IMG/VR virus record: IMGVR_UViG_3300029536_000008
Location: 1-63,314 of that record
DNA length: 63,314 nt
Origin: a virus
Reading direction: 5' to 3' (one strand)
This document shows positions 8,640-17,153 of the stretch, piece by piece. Position 1 is the first letter of the stretch. Each line of letters starts with the position of its first letter. The position numbers and the translations under genes are program-made. The notes beneath the pieces were generated by a model. The model saw only the letters and a list, made by a program, of their open reading frames with translations, had not been told where the DNA came from and did no database searches.

Positions 8640-8810
8640 TCATCTATGTAATCCCTTTTTCGCATCACGTTCAAGTTTTCTACGTTGTTGGCGGTTTATA
8701 CCATTTGCCGCGGCAAGGCTGTTCAGCGTCTCTTTCTGTTCGGGAGAAAGCATGTTATATACTTCTTCCCGGGATTTGCCTGATAAAATGGCTTGTACTA
8801 TTTTCCACAT
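8640..8810 (-). CDS. Small hypothetical protein (56 aa, below the ORF-track cutoff)
   Basis: Manual translation: MWKIVQAILSGKSREEVYNMLSPEQKETLNSLAAANGINRQQRRKLERDAKKGLHR. Its ATG overlaps the stop of the upstream gene. Confidence 0.35.
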   Translation of the reverse strand: MWKIVQAILSGKSREEVYNMLSPEQKETLNSLAAANGINRQQRRKLERDAKKGLHR

Positions 8811-9220
8811 AAGCTACGTCTGCAATGTTCACACAAAAATTTCTTCGCTACCGGGAACATCTTCTGTCCCACATATCCGCTAAGGTACTGCGCCTCTTCC
8901 CCGTATGGGTCGATGCCGAACGCCCGTGAGATATGCCGGCATAGATGCCCCTTTTCATGGTCGAAAGAGTTTTGAAACTCTGCCGGGGAAGAAGTAAGGG
9001 CTATAACCATTACGGTTTGCCTGTTTCGGATATTGGAGTAAGTGATACCCGTATTCAGATTGCAGGAGCGCATGTTCTTATAGGCATTCACCAAATCCAG
9101 CCCCCTGCATCCAACCCGCTGAAGGTCGGCGATGATACGGTCGGTATAATAGCAGTCCACCGCATAATATACCCTTACTTCCCAATCATAATCCGGTATG
9201 TAAAATTCCTGTATTATCAT
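8798..9220 (-). CDS. Putative HExxH zinc-metallopeptidase-like protein
   Basis: 140 aa with FDHEKGHLCRHI (H-E-x-x-H). Confidence 0.45.
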   Translation of the reverse strand: MIIQEFYIPDYDWEVRVYYAVDCYYTDRIIADLQRVGCRGLDLVNAYKNMRSCNLNTGITYSNIRNRQTVMVIALTSSPAEFQNSFDHEKGHLCRHISRAFGIDPYGEEAQYLSGYVGQKMFPVAKKFLCEHCRRSLCGK

Positions 9221-9223
9221 AGG

Positions 9224-9643
9224 CTACATCATCTGTTCCCACATGATAGGATTGCCGGAGCCTATGCAGTCGGCATAGAACCGAGTGAAAGGCATTCCAT
9301 TGTAAGCGTCCACATCATCTATGTAATCCTTAATGAACAATGCGAGATGGGCTTCGTCAGTGATAGAACTTTTGTAGTAATCCGACTTCGCCATGTTTGC
9401 CACGTAAACACTGTCGTACCCTGCATCCTTCTCCAGGTTTACACTGTACTTTTTCAGAAGCTCCTCTACCTGCTCTTTGCTGATTGGCTCCAGCTTTTCT
9501 TCTTTACCCGTAGATTTATTTTCCATCTTCATGCGGGAAACAGCCCATAGGCACATCTTCTTGCTGAAATGCCATCCGTACTGGCTGAGATAGTCAGCCA
9601 TTGCAGGCGGTATTCTGTCGTATGTATCTAATCTTTGTTTCAT
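9224..9643 (-). CDS. Hypothetical phage protein
   Basis: 139-aa ORF inside the GC-rich island. Confidence 0.55.
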   Translation of the reverse strand: MKQRLDTYDRIPPAMADYLSQYGWHFSKKMCLWAVSRMKMENKSTGKEEKLEPISKEQVEELLKKYSVNLEKDAGYDSVYVANMAKSDYYKSSITDEAHLALFIKDYIDDVDAYNGMPFTRFYADCIGSGNPIMWEQMM

Positions 9644-9694
9644 ATTTTCCTGATTTTAAGTGATTGGCAAAAGAGGGGAATAATCCCCTCTCCA

Positions 9695-10027
9695 TTACAT
9701 GAACTCTCCGTTGGCGCGTCTGCGTCTGCGTTCGCCCATATCATCACCGTAAGGCTGTGAATCGCGGCGTTCGTTGTAAACCGGATATTCCGGGAAGTAA
9801 CCCGGCATGCGGCGTTCGCCCATATCTGAGCCGCCGCTATAGCTTCCACCGCGTGAACCACCGCTGTTACGATAGCCCATTTCACCGCCCTGCATCTCAC
9901 GCATGGCTTTCTCGTAACCATAACGGCAACCCTCTCTATAGGCTTCTTCCATAGGATTACCGCCTCTCATACCGAAGTCACGGTCATATTCTCCGCGTCC
10001 TTCTTCCAATATTTCCCACATTCCCAT
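9695..10027 (-). CDS. Gly/Arg/Tyr-rich low-complexity protein
   Basis: Start moved to MGMWEIL, directly after the upstream stop at 10029. Contains DMGERR twice, GGSRGGSYSGGS and RRRRR. Confidence 0.45.
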   Translation of the reverse strand: MGMWEILEEGRGEYDRDFGMRGGNPMEEAYREGCRYGYEKAMREMQGGEMGYRNSGGSRGGSYSGGSDMGERRMPGYFPEYPVYNERRDSQPYGDDMGERRRRRANGEFM

Positions 10028-10028
10028 A

Positions 10029-10586
10029 TTATTTCTTTGTTTTAGATGTTTCAGCAACTCCGAGCTGTTCCATTAATTTCTGGTTTTGCGCAATGAGGTC
10101 AGCCATATTCCTGCTCATCTCCTGCATGTTCTTATCCATATTGGACATTTGCCCTTTCAATGCGGATATTTCTTGTTCCTGCTGTTGCTTGGCTGCAAAT
10201 TCCGGGTTAAGCGTGGCAAGCATCTGGTCACACACCCTAAGAAAGTTCTGATGATATTCCACGCTTTTTAGAACATCCTCGCTCTTCTGTTTCATAGTAA
10301 GGACCTCGGTGTTCATCTCGTCTCTTGAACCAGTAATCAGCATCCCCGTTTTAACATCATCGGCAATATTGGCATTAGCCGGTATTTCTTGCAAATTAAC
10401 ATTTTGCCCGTTTATATTCACGACAAAATCAATAACTTGGACCGGCTGTGGATAAGGCATGTTGGGAACAGTCTTATATATAGTTTTTATAGGGCTTGCA
10501 TTAACGACCTGCCCACATTCCAAACTTGGATTTGCCCCTCTGTGAAGAAGAAATAATGTACTGTTAACTCGTAGATTTTGAAACAT
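10029..10586 (-). CDS. Hypothetical protein with a C-terminal coiled coil
   Basis: 185-aa ORF with a Q/E/M-rich heptad-like C-terminal half. Confidence 0.55.
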   Translation of the reverse strand: MFQNLRVNSTLFLLHRGANPSLECGQVVNASPIKTIYKTVPNMPYPQPVQVIDFVVNINGQNVNLQEIPANANIADDVKTGMLITGSRDEMNTEVLTMKQKSEDVLKSVEYHQNFLRVCDQMLATLNPEFAAKQQQEQEISALKGQMSNMDKNMQEMSRNMADLIAQNQKLMEQLGVAETSKTKK

Positions 10587-10652
10587 ATTGGTTTGATTTT
10601 AAAGGGGTGTGGCTATTTCCTTTTTGGAAACAACCACAAAGCCCCATGTTAA

Positions 10653-11075
10653 CTACTTGCTCTTTTGAGCGGTTGCTTCTGCTGTCGGAGTCGGTGTCGA
10701 TGCGGTTGTCGGACGATACCCACCGTTAACAAGGAACAGTTCGTTGGTGTACTTGTTATAGTGAATTTCGTAGATACCCGTTCCGGCAAGGTTGCCGACA
10801 GTCACCGGCTCATTGTTGTAAGCCAGCAACGGTCTTGTATCCCCGTTAGTCCCTATCAGTATCGGGAGTGTAGCAGTCGTGCCGGCTGGTATCGCCTGGC
10901 GGAGACTGACATAGAAACCGCCTACATAGCTTCTGTTACGGAACGCATGGTTAGGAAGTTCCAAAGTCACGTTCTCCGTGCCGACCGTTACGGCTACTGT
11001 AGGAAGGGTATTGAAATTAGCCCTTCCAATAGTAGGAAACAAGAAAGGAAATCCTGTAAAAAAGTTAGGCCACAT
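10653..11075 (-). CDS. Hypothetical protein
   Basis: 140-aa ORF with a hydrophobic N-terminus (MWPNFFTGFPFLFPTIG) and a T/P/A-rich tail. Confidence 0.5.
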   Translation of the reverse strand: MWPNFFTGFPFLFPTIGRANFNTLPTVAVTVGTENVTLELPNHAFRNRSYVGGFYVSLRQAIPAGTTATLPILIGTNGDTRPLLAYNNEPVTVGNLAGTGIYEIHYNKYTNELFLVNGGYRPTTASTPTPTAEATAQKSK

Positions 11076-11098
11076 AATTACCCCCTTTCTTACCGGAA

Positions 11099-12082
11099 TT
11101 AACCCCAGTAGTTGTTACAACCACAACCGCCACGTCCATACATTGCATCACCGGCGTAAGCACCGAAAGCCGCAGCACGGAAACAATCTGTGTTGATGGC
11201 TTGAATATTAGGGTAAACAACCGGAACGGTGTTAGGCATCTTGCATTTTATTCCATCGACATCGGACTGCAATGCCTGCAAGCCTGCTGCCAAAGGAGCA
11301 ATCTGTTGTCCTACTGAATTCAGGATAGTAGCATTCTGGTTACGTTGGGAGATTTCAGCAGTCAAAGTGGCTTTTTCTGCGGTAAGAGCCGCAATCTTGT
11401 CCTGCAATGCCTGGTTCTGCATGGCGTCCAGCTTTGCAAGGATAGCATTGGTATTGGCAGTCGCACCGTCACGCAATGAAAGTGCATTCTGATTGGCTGT
11501 GTTGACAAGCGCGTTGGTCTGATTGCACATCGCAAGCTGGTTCTCATAGCCCATTGTGGTAATGGCGTTCTGAGTCTTGCAGCAGCAATCTGCAATCTGA
11601 GTAAGAACAGCCTGATTTCCGGACTGGAATGCGTTGATGATTTGCTGGCTTGACATGCCCACCTGATTTCCTACATTGGCGATAAGTCCCTGGATGTTGC
11701 ACAGGGCGCTCTGTAACTGTTGGGTAGAGCAGTTCAAAGAAGAAGCAAGCTGGTTGATGGCATTGCCATTGCCCTGAATGGCTGACATCAGGTATTCACG
11801 ACCGACATCACCGTTAAGCTCGGCAGGCAGACCGCCACCATTGCCAAAGCGGTTGCCAAAGCCGTTGCCGCCCCAACAGAACCACAAAAGGATAATCCAG
11901 ATGAACCACCACGAGCCGCCCCATTGGTCTTGGCTGCCACGTCCCTGGTTCAGTAAAGCGAGAAGTCCGGGGTCTACACCCTTGCTTCCCATCAAGTTGG
12001 GCAACATAGCCATGATGTCGAATTTGCTTCCGCCACCATTTCCGTTGTTCCCGTCTTGATTGAAGACATACGTTCTTTCCAT
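11099..12082 (-). CDS. Gly/Asn/Gln/Cys-rich membrane-anchored coiled-coil protein
   Basis: 327 aa. Has an N-terminal G/N run, a Trp-rich TM segment (WWFIWIILLWFCWGG), a long Q/N/A-rich region with CCC and CxC motifs, and a C-terminal GRGGCGCNNYWG. Confidence 0.55.
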   Translation of the reverse strand: MERTYVFNQDGNNGNGGGSKFDIMAMLPNLMGSKGVDPGLLALLNQGRGSQDQWGGSWWFIWIILLWFCWGGNGFGNRFGNGGGLPAELNGDVGREYLMSAIQGNGNAINQLASSLNCSTQQLQSALCNIQGLIANVGNQVGMSSQQIINAFQSGNQAVLTQIADCCCKTQNAITTMGYENQLAMCNQTNALVNTANQNALSLRDGATANTNAILAKLDAMQNQALQDKIAALTAEKATLTAEISQRNQNATILNSVGQQIAPLAAGLQALQSDVDGIKCKMPNTVPVVYPNIQAINTDCFRAAAFGAYAGDAMYGRGGCGCNNYWG

Positions 12083-12155
12083 AGAGATTTATATTTTGTA
12101 TTACGGTCAAAATCAACCGCATCACAAAAGTATAAATACCGATACTGCCATGAAA

Positions 12156-12449
12156 TCAGTTGTTTCCCAACGCTTTCCTAATGTTTTCCCAATATATTCT
12201 CAACATTTTCCCGCCTTCCATACGTTCTTGAAAATTGGAAATCATGTAGTTTATCGCGCGTTTGGTCTTGTGAATTTTAGGGGCTATCTGTGAAGGATAC
12301 ATTCCCCTTTCGACAAGCAACTGTACAAGCAAATAGCGGGCGTCTACGGTTTCCGTATCCTTATCCGAAGATAGTATTCGGCTGGCGGGTATTTCGGTCT
12401 CCTGCGCCACGAGATTAATTGTTTCGGCAAAGATTTCTGACTTACACAT
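12156..12449 (-). CDS. DnaA-domain-IV-like HTH protein
   Basis: ILSSDKDTETVDARYLLVQLLVERGMYPSQIAPKIHKTKRAINYMI resembles the DnaA C-terminal DNA-binding fold. Confidence 0.45.
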   Translation of the reverse strand: MCKSEIFAETINLVAQETEIPASRILSSDKDTETVDARYLLVQLLVERGMYPSQIAPKIHKTKRAINYMISNFQERMEGGKMLRIYWENIRKALGNN

Positions 12450-12470
12450 AGTTTTTCTGAATTTTATATT

Positions 12471-12587
12471 TATCTTTGCCCTGCCACATAAAACATGAGA
12501 TTAAATGAACAAAGCATAAGATAATGCGTTGAAGATATTAAAGCCTCCAACGTGCATTGTCTTATGCTTATCATGTTTTTATGTGGC
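12471..12587 (+). promoter_or_regulatory. TATCTTTG -7 box followed by a ~105-nt imperfect long hairpin (candidate small RNA or regulatory element)
   Basis: TAnnTTTG at 12471-12478. Arms gccacataaaacatga (12483-12498) and tcatgtttttatgtggc (12571-12587), plus inner pairing aagcataagataatgc / gcattgtcttatgctt. Confidence 0.35.
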
Positions 12588-12606
12588 AATATTAACGTGA
12601 AACGTT

Positions 12607-12634
12607 GGGGGCTTTCTTTATACTCTAAGCCCCC
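12607..12634 (-). terminator. GC-rich hairpin downstream of the spanin-like gene
   Basis: gggggctt-12 nt-aagccccc. No strong U-tract. Confidence 0.35.
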
Positions 12635-12661
12635 GAAAGAGTGTCAGCTACAAGCCAACTT

Positions 12662-13126
12662 CTACATCGTTAATTTCTTTCTTATCTTTATGGTGAGCCA
12701 AACAATTACGAACAAAACACATGTCAGATTTATCGAAATGCTGACACCACCGTAATTGATTTTAAATTTTTCCCACCATGACAGTTCCCTCTCTACCGGA
12801 TAAGGTTTGGGCACTTCAATCCTTCTTATCTTTTCGATAAAATACGGCATTTTGACCGTTACCGTAGCATGAGGATAAATACCCAATGAATGGTTCAATA
12901 TCCCGTTGCTAAATGAAGCATAGCTGTAGGCATACGGATTGCGAAGGAATGACGTTGTATCGGCAACAGATACGCTGTCCTTGTACGGTATCAGCTTCTC
13001 TTGAAATGTAGTATCATGGAAAACCACACTGTCAAGAACCTTTGTCTCAACCGGCATATAAACAGTCCTCGTCCTACAGGAATACACCGTCAACGCAAGA
13101 AATACTATATACACTAACTTCTTCAT
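12662..13126 (-). CDS. Unimolecular-spanin-like lipoprotein (N-terminal lipobox + C-terminal TM)
   Basis: MKKLVYIVFLALTVYSC lipoprotein signal. C-terminal TM VSISINLTCVLFVIVWLTI followed by KIRKK. Confidence 0.5.
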   Translation of the reverse strand: MKKLVYIVFLALTVYSCRTRTVYMPVETKVLDSVVFHDTTFQEKLIPYKDSVSVADTTSFLRNPYAYSYASFSNGILNHSLGIYPHATVTVKMPYFIEKIRRIEVPKPYPVERELSWWEKFKINYGGVSISINLTCVLFVIVWLTIKIRKKLTM

Positions 13127-13329
13127 AACTTCAACAGATAATGATTAACAACCATGCCTGCACATATTGCAGCAACTCCACACAGCAAGTCTATTTTGCT
13201 CCACTTGCCGTTATAGTAGTGGCAACGGTCGCTGTTCTCCTTGATGAAGAGCATCAGCAGTGCAGTACTGCTACCGAATACTATGGCGGTGGATAGATAG
13301 ACCACCGCACCTAAGATGTTATTTCTCAT
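13123..13329 (-). CDS. Small two-TM protein (holin-like)
   Basis: 68 aa with two hydrophobic helices. Overlaps the spanin-like gene by 4 nt. Confidence 0.45.
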   Translation of the reverse strand: MRNNILGAVVYLSTAIVFGSSTALLMLFIKENSDRCHYYNGKWSKIDLLCGVAAICAGMVVNHYLLKL

Positions 13330-13491
13330 AACTAATTAGTATATATTTATGATATTAATTTCATCCCGGACTGTGAAGTGCCGGGATGAATACTGTTCAG
13401 GATATTCCTCAATCGTTTTTACTCTTCATCAGAAACGGATTGAATGGGACTACAACTTGTGAATAGGTAATAACTCCAATGATGTTGTTTC

Positions 13492-14985
13492 TCATTCTTT
13501 TACATTATTGAATTGCATAACAGTTGCATTAGCGAATACGTTGTCTTCCTTATGGCTGTTATTCGTGAATAGAACATTGCATTTCGTAACATCAGAATCG
13601 AAAGAGAATCTACAATTAAAACGGTTACCCGTTATTGTAAATTTACAATTTGCATTATTAGGAAAATGCCAACTAACATCGGATACATTTTCCTTACCAT
13701 TTTTAAAAATACAATTCTTTATAATAATATCTGCGTGTAAATTACTGCCACCGCCTAAAGGCTTGGAAAGATATTGTGTATGCTCGCCTTTAATATATTC
13801 TACAATCAAATTGTCATACACGTGTTTACAATAAGAATCTTCACCTGAACCTTCATCGTGAATAGCATAAATATTATCATATTGAATAAGATGTCCATCA
13901 TGTAACTCGTAGTTAGAATTAAAGCCAATTCTTTGAGTCCCGAATAAAGATTGGTTACTATATACTATTTCAGAAGTACTATCACATTTAGAAATAAGAG
14001 TAGATTTATTAAAAAAATATCTACAATTACCACCGATTGGTAATTCGACAGCAGTTCTAAAATCATATTTAGTGTTCATCAAATCAAATATCTTTATAAA
14101 AGTATATTCACCAGTTTCAAAATAGACATCACAATCCTGAGTAATATAAGCGGAAGCTAATTTAAGAAAAATCTCTTCCTCACTATCACTAAGATTGATA
14201 TTGACAACAGGTCGAGTTCCTTTCTTTTTAAGAATAGTGGACTGACATCGTTTCAAATTATAATTATTCTTAGCAGAAGCAAAGAATTTATCAGTAATTA
14301 CACTGTCTCTATAATATGTAAATGCAACTAATTCGGCGTTTTCAGGAAAATTTTCTTTAAGAACCGGTTTGTTATTATAAAAATTAAGCGTAGAAATGTA
14401 TTTACCGTCTTTATCAAAGAAAACAACGTCAGCATTTCCACTTGTATTTGTATAAATATTATTATTTCTATCAAGAGGAACAATAGATGTACAATTTCTT
14501 TGTAGTATACTATCATGTACAATTGCACCATTTAGCCAAACTTTATTTTCGTAAGTGTCAAACAATAAATTGTAATCTGTGATTTCTATATCATTTTCAA
14601 CCATAGCAAACACAGTTTTGTTTAGCCATCTACCGACTTCGGTAAATGTCTCGCCCTGGAACTCCCACGTTTCTACTTTTCCATCCGAATTGATGAACGA
14701 CACTTTCAGTCCGATATTTCTAAGTTCCTGCGGAACTTGGGCAATGGCGCCTTCCAGACTGTACTTGTTACTCCCGCCAATTCCCGAAGTAGGATGCTGG
14801 ACGGAAACATTATACTCGGTGATGTAGTTCATATAGTCAGTGCTGCCACCACCAGTGCCGATGTATTTCTTCAATGCCGCGGTACTCATTGAACCGTTGC
14901 TACTTCCTTGCTGAAAAGGTATCAGCTCGTTTCCTGTTAAGCTCTCCTTTTGAGGGAGTTGTCCTATTTGTAATCCTTCTGCCAT
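13492..14985 (-). CDS. Tail fibre / receptor-binding protein with a beta-helix-like C-terminal domain
   Basis: 497 aa. The N-terminus (LQIGQLPQKESLTGNELIPFQQGS...) is typical of a tail-fibre anchor. The AT-rich C-terminal half has N-x-I/F-x-N repeat patterns. Confidence 0.6.
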   Translation of the reverse strand: MAEGLQIGQLPQKESLTGNELIPFQQGSSNGSMSTAALKKYIGTGGGSTDYMNYITEYNVSVQHPTSGIGGSNKYSLEGAIAQVPQELRNIGLKVSFINSDGKVETWEFQGETFTEVGRWLNKTVFAMVENDIEITDYNLLFDTYENKVWLNGAIVHDSILQRNCTSIVPLDRNNNIYTNTSGNADVVFFDKDGKYISTLNFYNNKPVLKENFPENAELVAFTYYRDSVITDKFFASAKNNYNLKRCQSTILKKKGTRPVVNINLSDSEEEIFLKLASAYITQDCDVYFETGEYTFIKIFDLMNTKYDFRTAVELPIGGNCRYFFNKSTLISKCDSTSEIVYSNQSLFGTQRIGFNSNYELHDGHLIQYDNIYAIHDEGSGEDSYCKHVYDNLIVEYIKGEHTQYLSKPLGGGSNLHADIIIKNCIFKNGKENVSDVSWHFPNNANCKFTITGNRFNCRFSFDSDVTKCNVLFTNNSHKEDNVFANATVMQFNNVKE

Positions 14986-15006
14986 ATCTTTTTATTTTTT
15001 ATCATT

Positions 15007-15213
15007 TTATTTTTTGTTATCTGCAAGTAATATCGGCTCTTCGTTAGCCAACAATAACGGAGTGCCATCCGATAATAATAAATACCTTCCATCAGGGGGT
15101 GGGTTTGGTCTCGGTTTATTATCCTTGATATATGAATACCCTATAGTAAGTATCCCAATAGTAGGAATACCGATTGTCGGAATGCTGATGTTGGGGATAG
15201 TGATTGGTTTCAT
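15007..15213 (-). CDS. Small ORF with IPTIG repeats; its C-terminus duplicates a segment of tail-fibre gene 17595-18728 (possible gene remnant)
   Basis: DGRYLLLSDGTPLLLANEEPILLAD is encoded by the 91-bp repeat 15018-15108. Confidence 0.35.
   Translation of the reverse strand: MKPITIPNISIPTIGIPTIGILTIGYSYIKDNKPRPNPPPDGRYLLLSDGTPLLLANEEPILLADNKK
15018..15108. repeat. 91-bp direct repeat, copy 1 (2 mismatches to 18269-18359)
   Basis: Manual alignment: tatctgcaagtaatatcggctcttcgttagccaacaataacggagtgccatccgataataataaatac[c/t]ttccatcagggg[g/a]tgggtttgg. Confidence 0.9.
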
Positions 15214-15216
15214 AGG

Positions 15217-15507
15217 CTATCCCTCTTTAATCATTTTGGCTTCCAATACTTCGGTAGCACTCTTGATTGTGACGTTTATGCCATTTGCTATCCCTACGAT
15301 ACGGAAAATCGTATTGGACGCACCGTTATATTGGGATGCGTTGGGATAAAGCGGAACGGGTTCCAAATCATCAATTCCTGCGAAAGCGGTTACATATCCG
15401 CCCTTGTTCTTTATCTGTATGGTAACGGGATTACCGTCACTGACAAACGTTGCGTAATACGCTGTTTTGCCTTCTTCTTTTTGAAATGATAAAACTTCTG
15501 CTGCCAT
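15217..15507 (-). CDS. Hypothetical protein
   Basis: 96-aa ORF. Confidence 0.5.
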   Translation of the reverse strand: MAAEVLSFQKEEGKTAYYATFVSDGNPVTIQIKNKGGYVTAFAGIDDLEPVPLYPNASQYNGASNTIFRIVGIANGINVTIKSATEVLEAKMIKEG

Positions 15508-15519
15508 GATGTTTACTTT

Positions 15520-15924
15520 TTAGAGTTTCAATACTTGGTTTCTGTTGCCCTCTCTTCGGTGGCTGACGTGTACCCATGAGAAGTTTTTCTCATCAATGAC
15601 TTGGTCAAAGGGAAGCTTCAATTCTTGTATAAGATTAAACAGTCTTTTGTTCTCTTTCGGGGTATTCGGAGTGCCGACAATATCGGCAGCACACCCGTTC
15701 ATGTGGTCGCTCGTTTTAGAGCCGCCTACCGCTTTATTCAGAACAGGGCAACGGTATCCGCTTGTCACTGTGATAGGTTTTCCGTAAGCCTCTCTTAACG
15801 GGTCGAGGACATTGTCAACCAACGCTTGCGCATTGGGAAGCAGTTCTTGCGGCAATCTGTTGTCTATAGCTTTCTTATCAGCCGTTTCGCTTTTAACCAG
15901 TTCTGCAATTGTAAAGTATCTCAT
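15520..15924 (-). CDS. Endolysin, peptidase M15 (D-Ala-D-Ala carboxypeptidase-like) family
   Basis: Start set to ATG 15924, preceded by aggagg. Contains ITVTSGYRCPVLNKAVGGSKTSDHMNGCAADI...FSWVHVS (H/D/H zinc-ligand pattern). Confidence 0.8.
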   Translation of the reverse strand: MRYFTIAELVKSETADKKAIDNRLPQELLPNAQALVDNVLDPLREAYGKPITVTSGYRCPVLNKAVGGSKTSDHMNGCAADIVGTPNTPKENKRLFNLIQELKLPFDQVIDEKNFSWVHVSHRREGNRNQVLKL

Positions 15925-15925
15925 G

Positions 15926-16105
15926 CTATTCCTCCTTTCTAAAATATTTGTCATAAACCACACGAACCACCCATCCGGCAACAACACCGACACCGAATGA
16001 TGCAACAGTAGTCAGGTTCACCCAAAACGGTGTGTAGTGCATGTAAAGCATAACTCCCACGATGATAGCGATAACAATCGCTGCGATAATCAGTTTCTTT
16101 TTCAT
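15926..16105 (-). CDS. Small membrane protein in the lysis cassette (59 aa, below the ORF-track cutoff)
   Basis: Manual translation: MKKKLIIAAIVIAIIVGVMLYMHYTPFWVNLTTVASFGVGVVAGWVVRVVYDKYFRKEE. Two TM segments. Its stop abuts the endolysin ATG. Confidence 0.5.
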   Translation of the reverse strand: MKKKLIIAAIVIAIIVGVMLYMHYTPFWVNLTTVASFGVGVVAGWVVRVVYDKYFRKEE

Positions 16106-16109
16106 TTTG

Positions 16110-16586
16110 TTACTCCTTATCTTTAGTTATTATTTCACTCATATCTTCTTTCTCGACATCGAGCACTTTCTTTCCGAACAATCCCAACGCTTTCAGCAAG
16201 TTAAAATTATATCCCTTTGGCTTCAAGATATTGCTTATGATAGAGCAGAACTCTATGAAGCAGACAAACAAGCATGAATACACATCAATATTCCATTTAT
16301 TGCCGGAAGCAATATTTATCATCACCACCATACAAACAAAGGCAAAGTATGTCACCATTTTACCCATAGTACGGCGCACAGCACTTGAAAACCGAAATTC
16401 TTCACCCAATAGCAGGCATTTCCTTATCCCGAACATCAAATCGCATACAACGACTGAAAATGTTACTATCAGCCACGGTATCATGTGTTCCAATGACTGT
16501 GCAATAAAACTGCTTGCTATTACCGAGAAACCACCCGGTATGCTTTGGGTAATAATGTTATTCTTCATCTTATCGTTATTTGTCAA
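16110..16586 (-). CDS. Holin (phage_holin_4-like, multi-TM)
   Basis: 158 aa with 3-4 TM segments, immediately upstream of the endolysin. FIEFCSIISNILKPKG-type motif. Confidence 0.65.
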   Translation of the reverse strand: MTNNDKMKNNIITQSIPGGFSVIASSFIAQSLEHMIPWLIVTFSVVVCDLMFGIRKCLLLGEEFRFSSAVRRTMGKMVTYFAFVCMVVMINIASGNKWNIDVYSCLFVCFIEFCSIISNILKPKGYNFNLLKALGLFGKKVLDVEKEDMSEIITKDKE

Positions 16587-16665
16587 TTATTCCTATCTTT
16601 GTGTCTCTTATCAAATAAGCTAACTACTGTCATTCCGTTTTGCTCGTGAGAGTAGGACGGGATTT

Positions 16666-17127
16666 TCATATCTTGCCGTAGTATCTGAACCATGCACCCC
16701 ATTTACGTTCTTTCAAGTAGTTCGGATTATCCTGGTTGAGTTTGGCTTCCATTTCAAATGCGCTCGCACGGTAAGCGTTTTTATTGACCTTACCGTCCCC
16801 AATCTTGCTGTCTGTAAACAGGTGGTACACGAAGCTCACAAACCATTCTGTCAAATACAAAATGTAGTAGAATAGCAGGATAAGTAACAGCCACCATGCA
16901 CTGACATGGAACGCCAGCAATACGGATGGGATAGCCGCTATCTCCATACACTCGAAGAACTGTTTCTGATGTGTCCGTTCATGGCGTATGGTTGTTTCGG
17001 ACAACTCTTTCAGCTTCGTAAGGATGAAGCCGAAGAGCATGATTGTTGTGTAGCCGCCAAAGAGGATAAGTTTGGCAAACCAGTTTTCATAAAATACTTT
17101 TACTCTCATAATCAAAAAAGTAAACAC
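16666..17127 (-). CDS. Membrane protein with an HExxH motif
   Basis: 153 aa with several TM segments and TTIRHERTHQKQ (H-E-R-T-H). AT-rich. Confidence 0.45.
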   Translation of the reverse strand: MFTFLIMRVKVFYENWFAKLILFGGYTTIMLFGFILTKLKELSETTIRHERTHQKQFFECMEIAAIPSVLLAFHVSAWWLLLILLFYYILYLTEWFVSFVYHLFTDSKIGDGKVNKNAYRASAFEMEAKLNQDNPNYLKERKWGAWFRYYGKI

Positions 17128-17153
17128 TTTGTTATTTTATTAATATTATTGTT

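Noticed and set aside
8945-12293. + strand ORFs 8945-9550, 9757-9954, 10665-11102, 11229-11492 and 11778-12059
   Set aside because: They are antisense shadows favoured by the high GC content of the island. The - strand ORFs are contiguous and tightly packed, with start-stop coupling.
15120-15190. IPTIG tandem peptide repeats / short DNA repeats as a CRISPR-like or minisatellite array
   Set aside because: There are only three short imperfect units within an ORF, with no spacer structure. No CRISPR array exists anywhere in the window.
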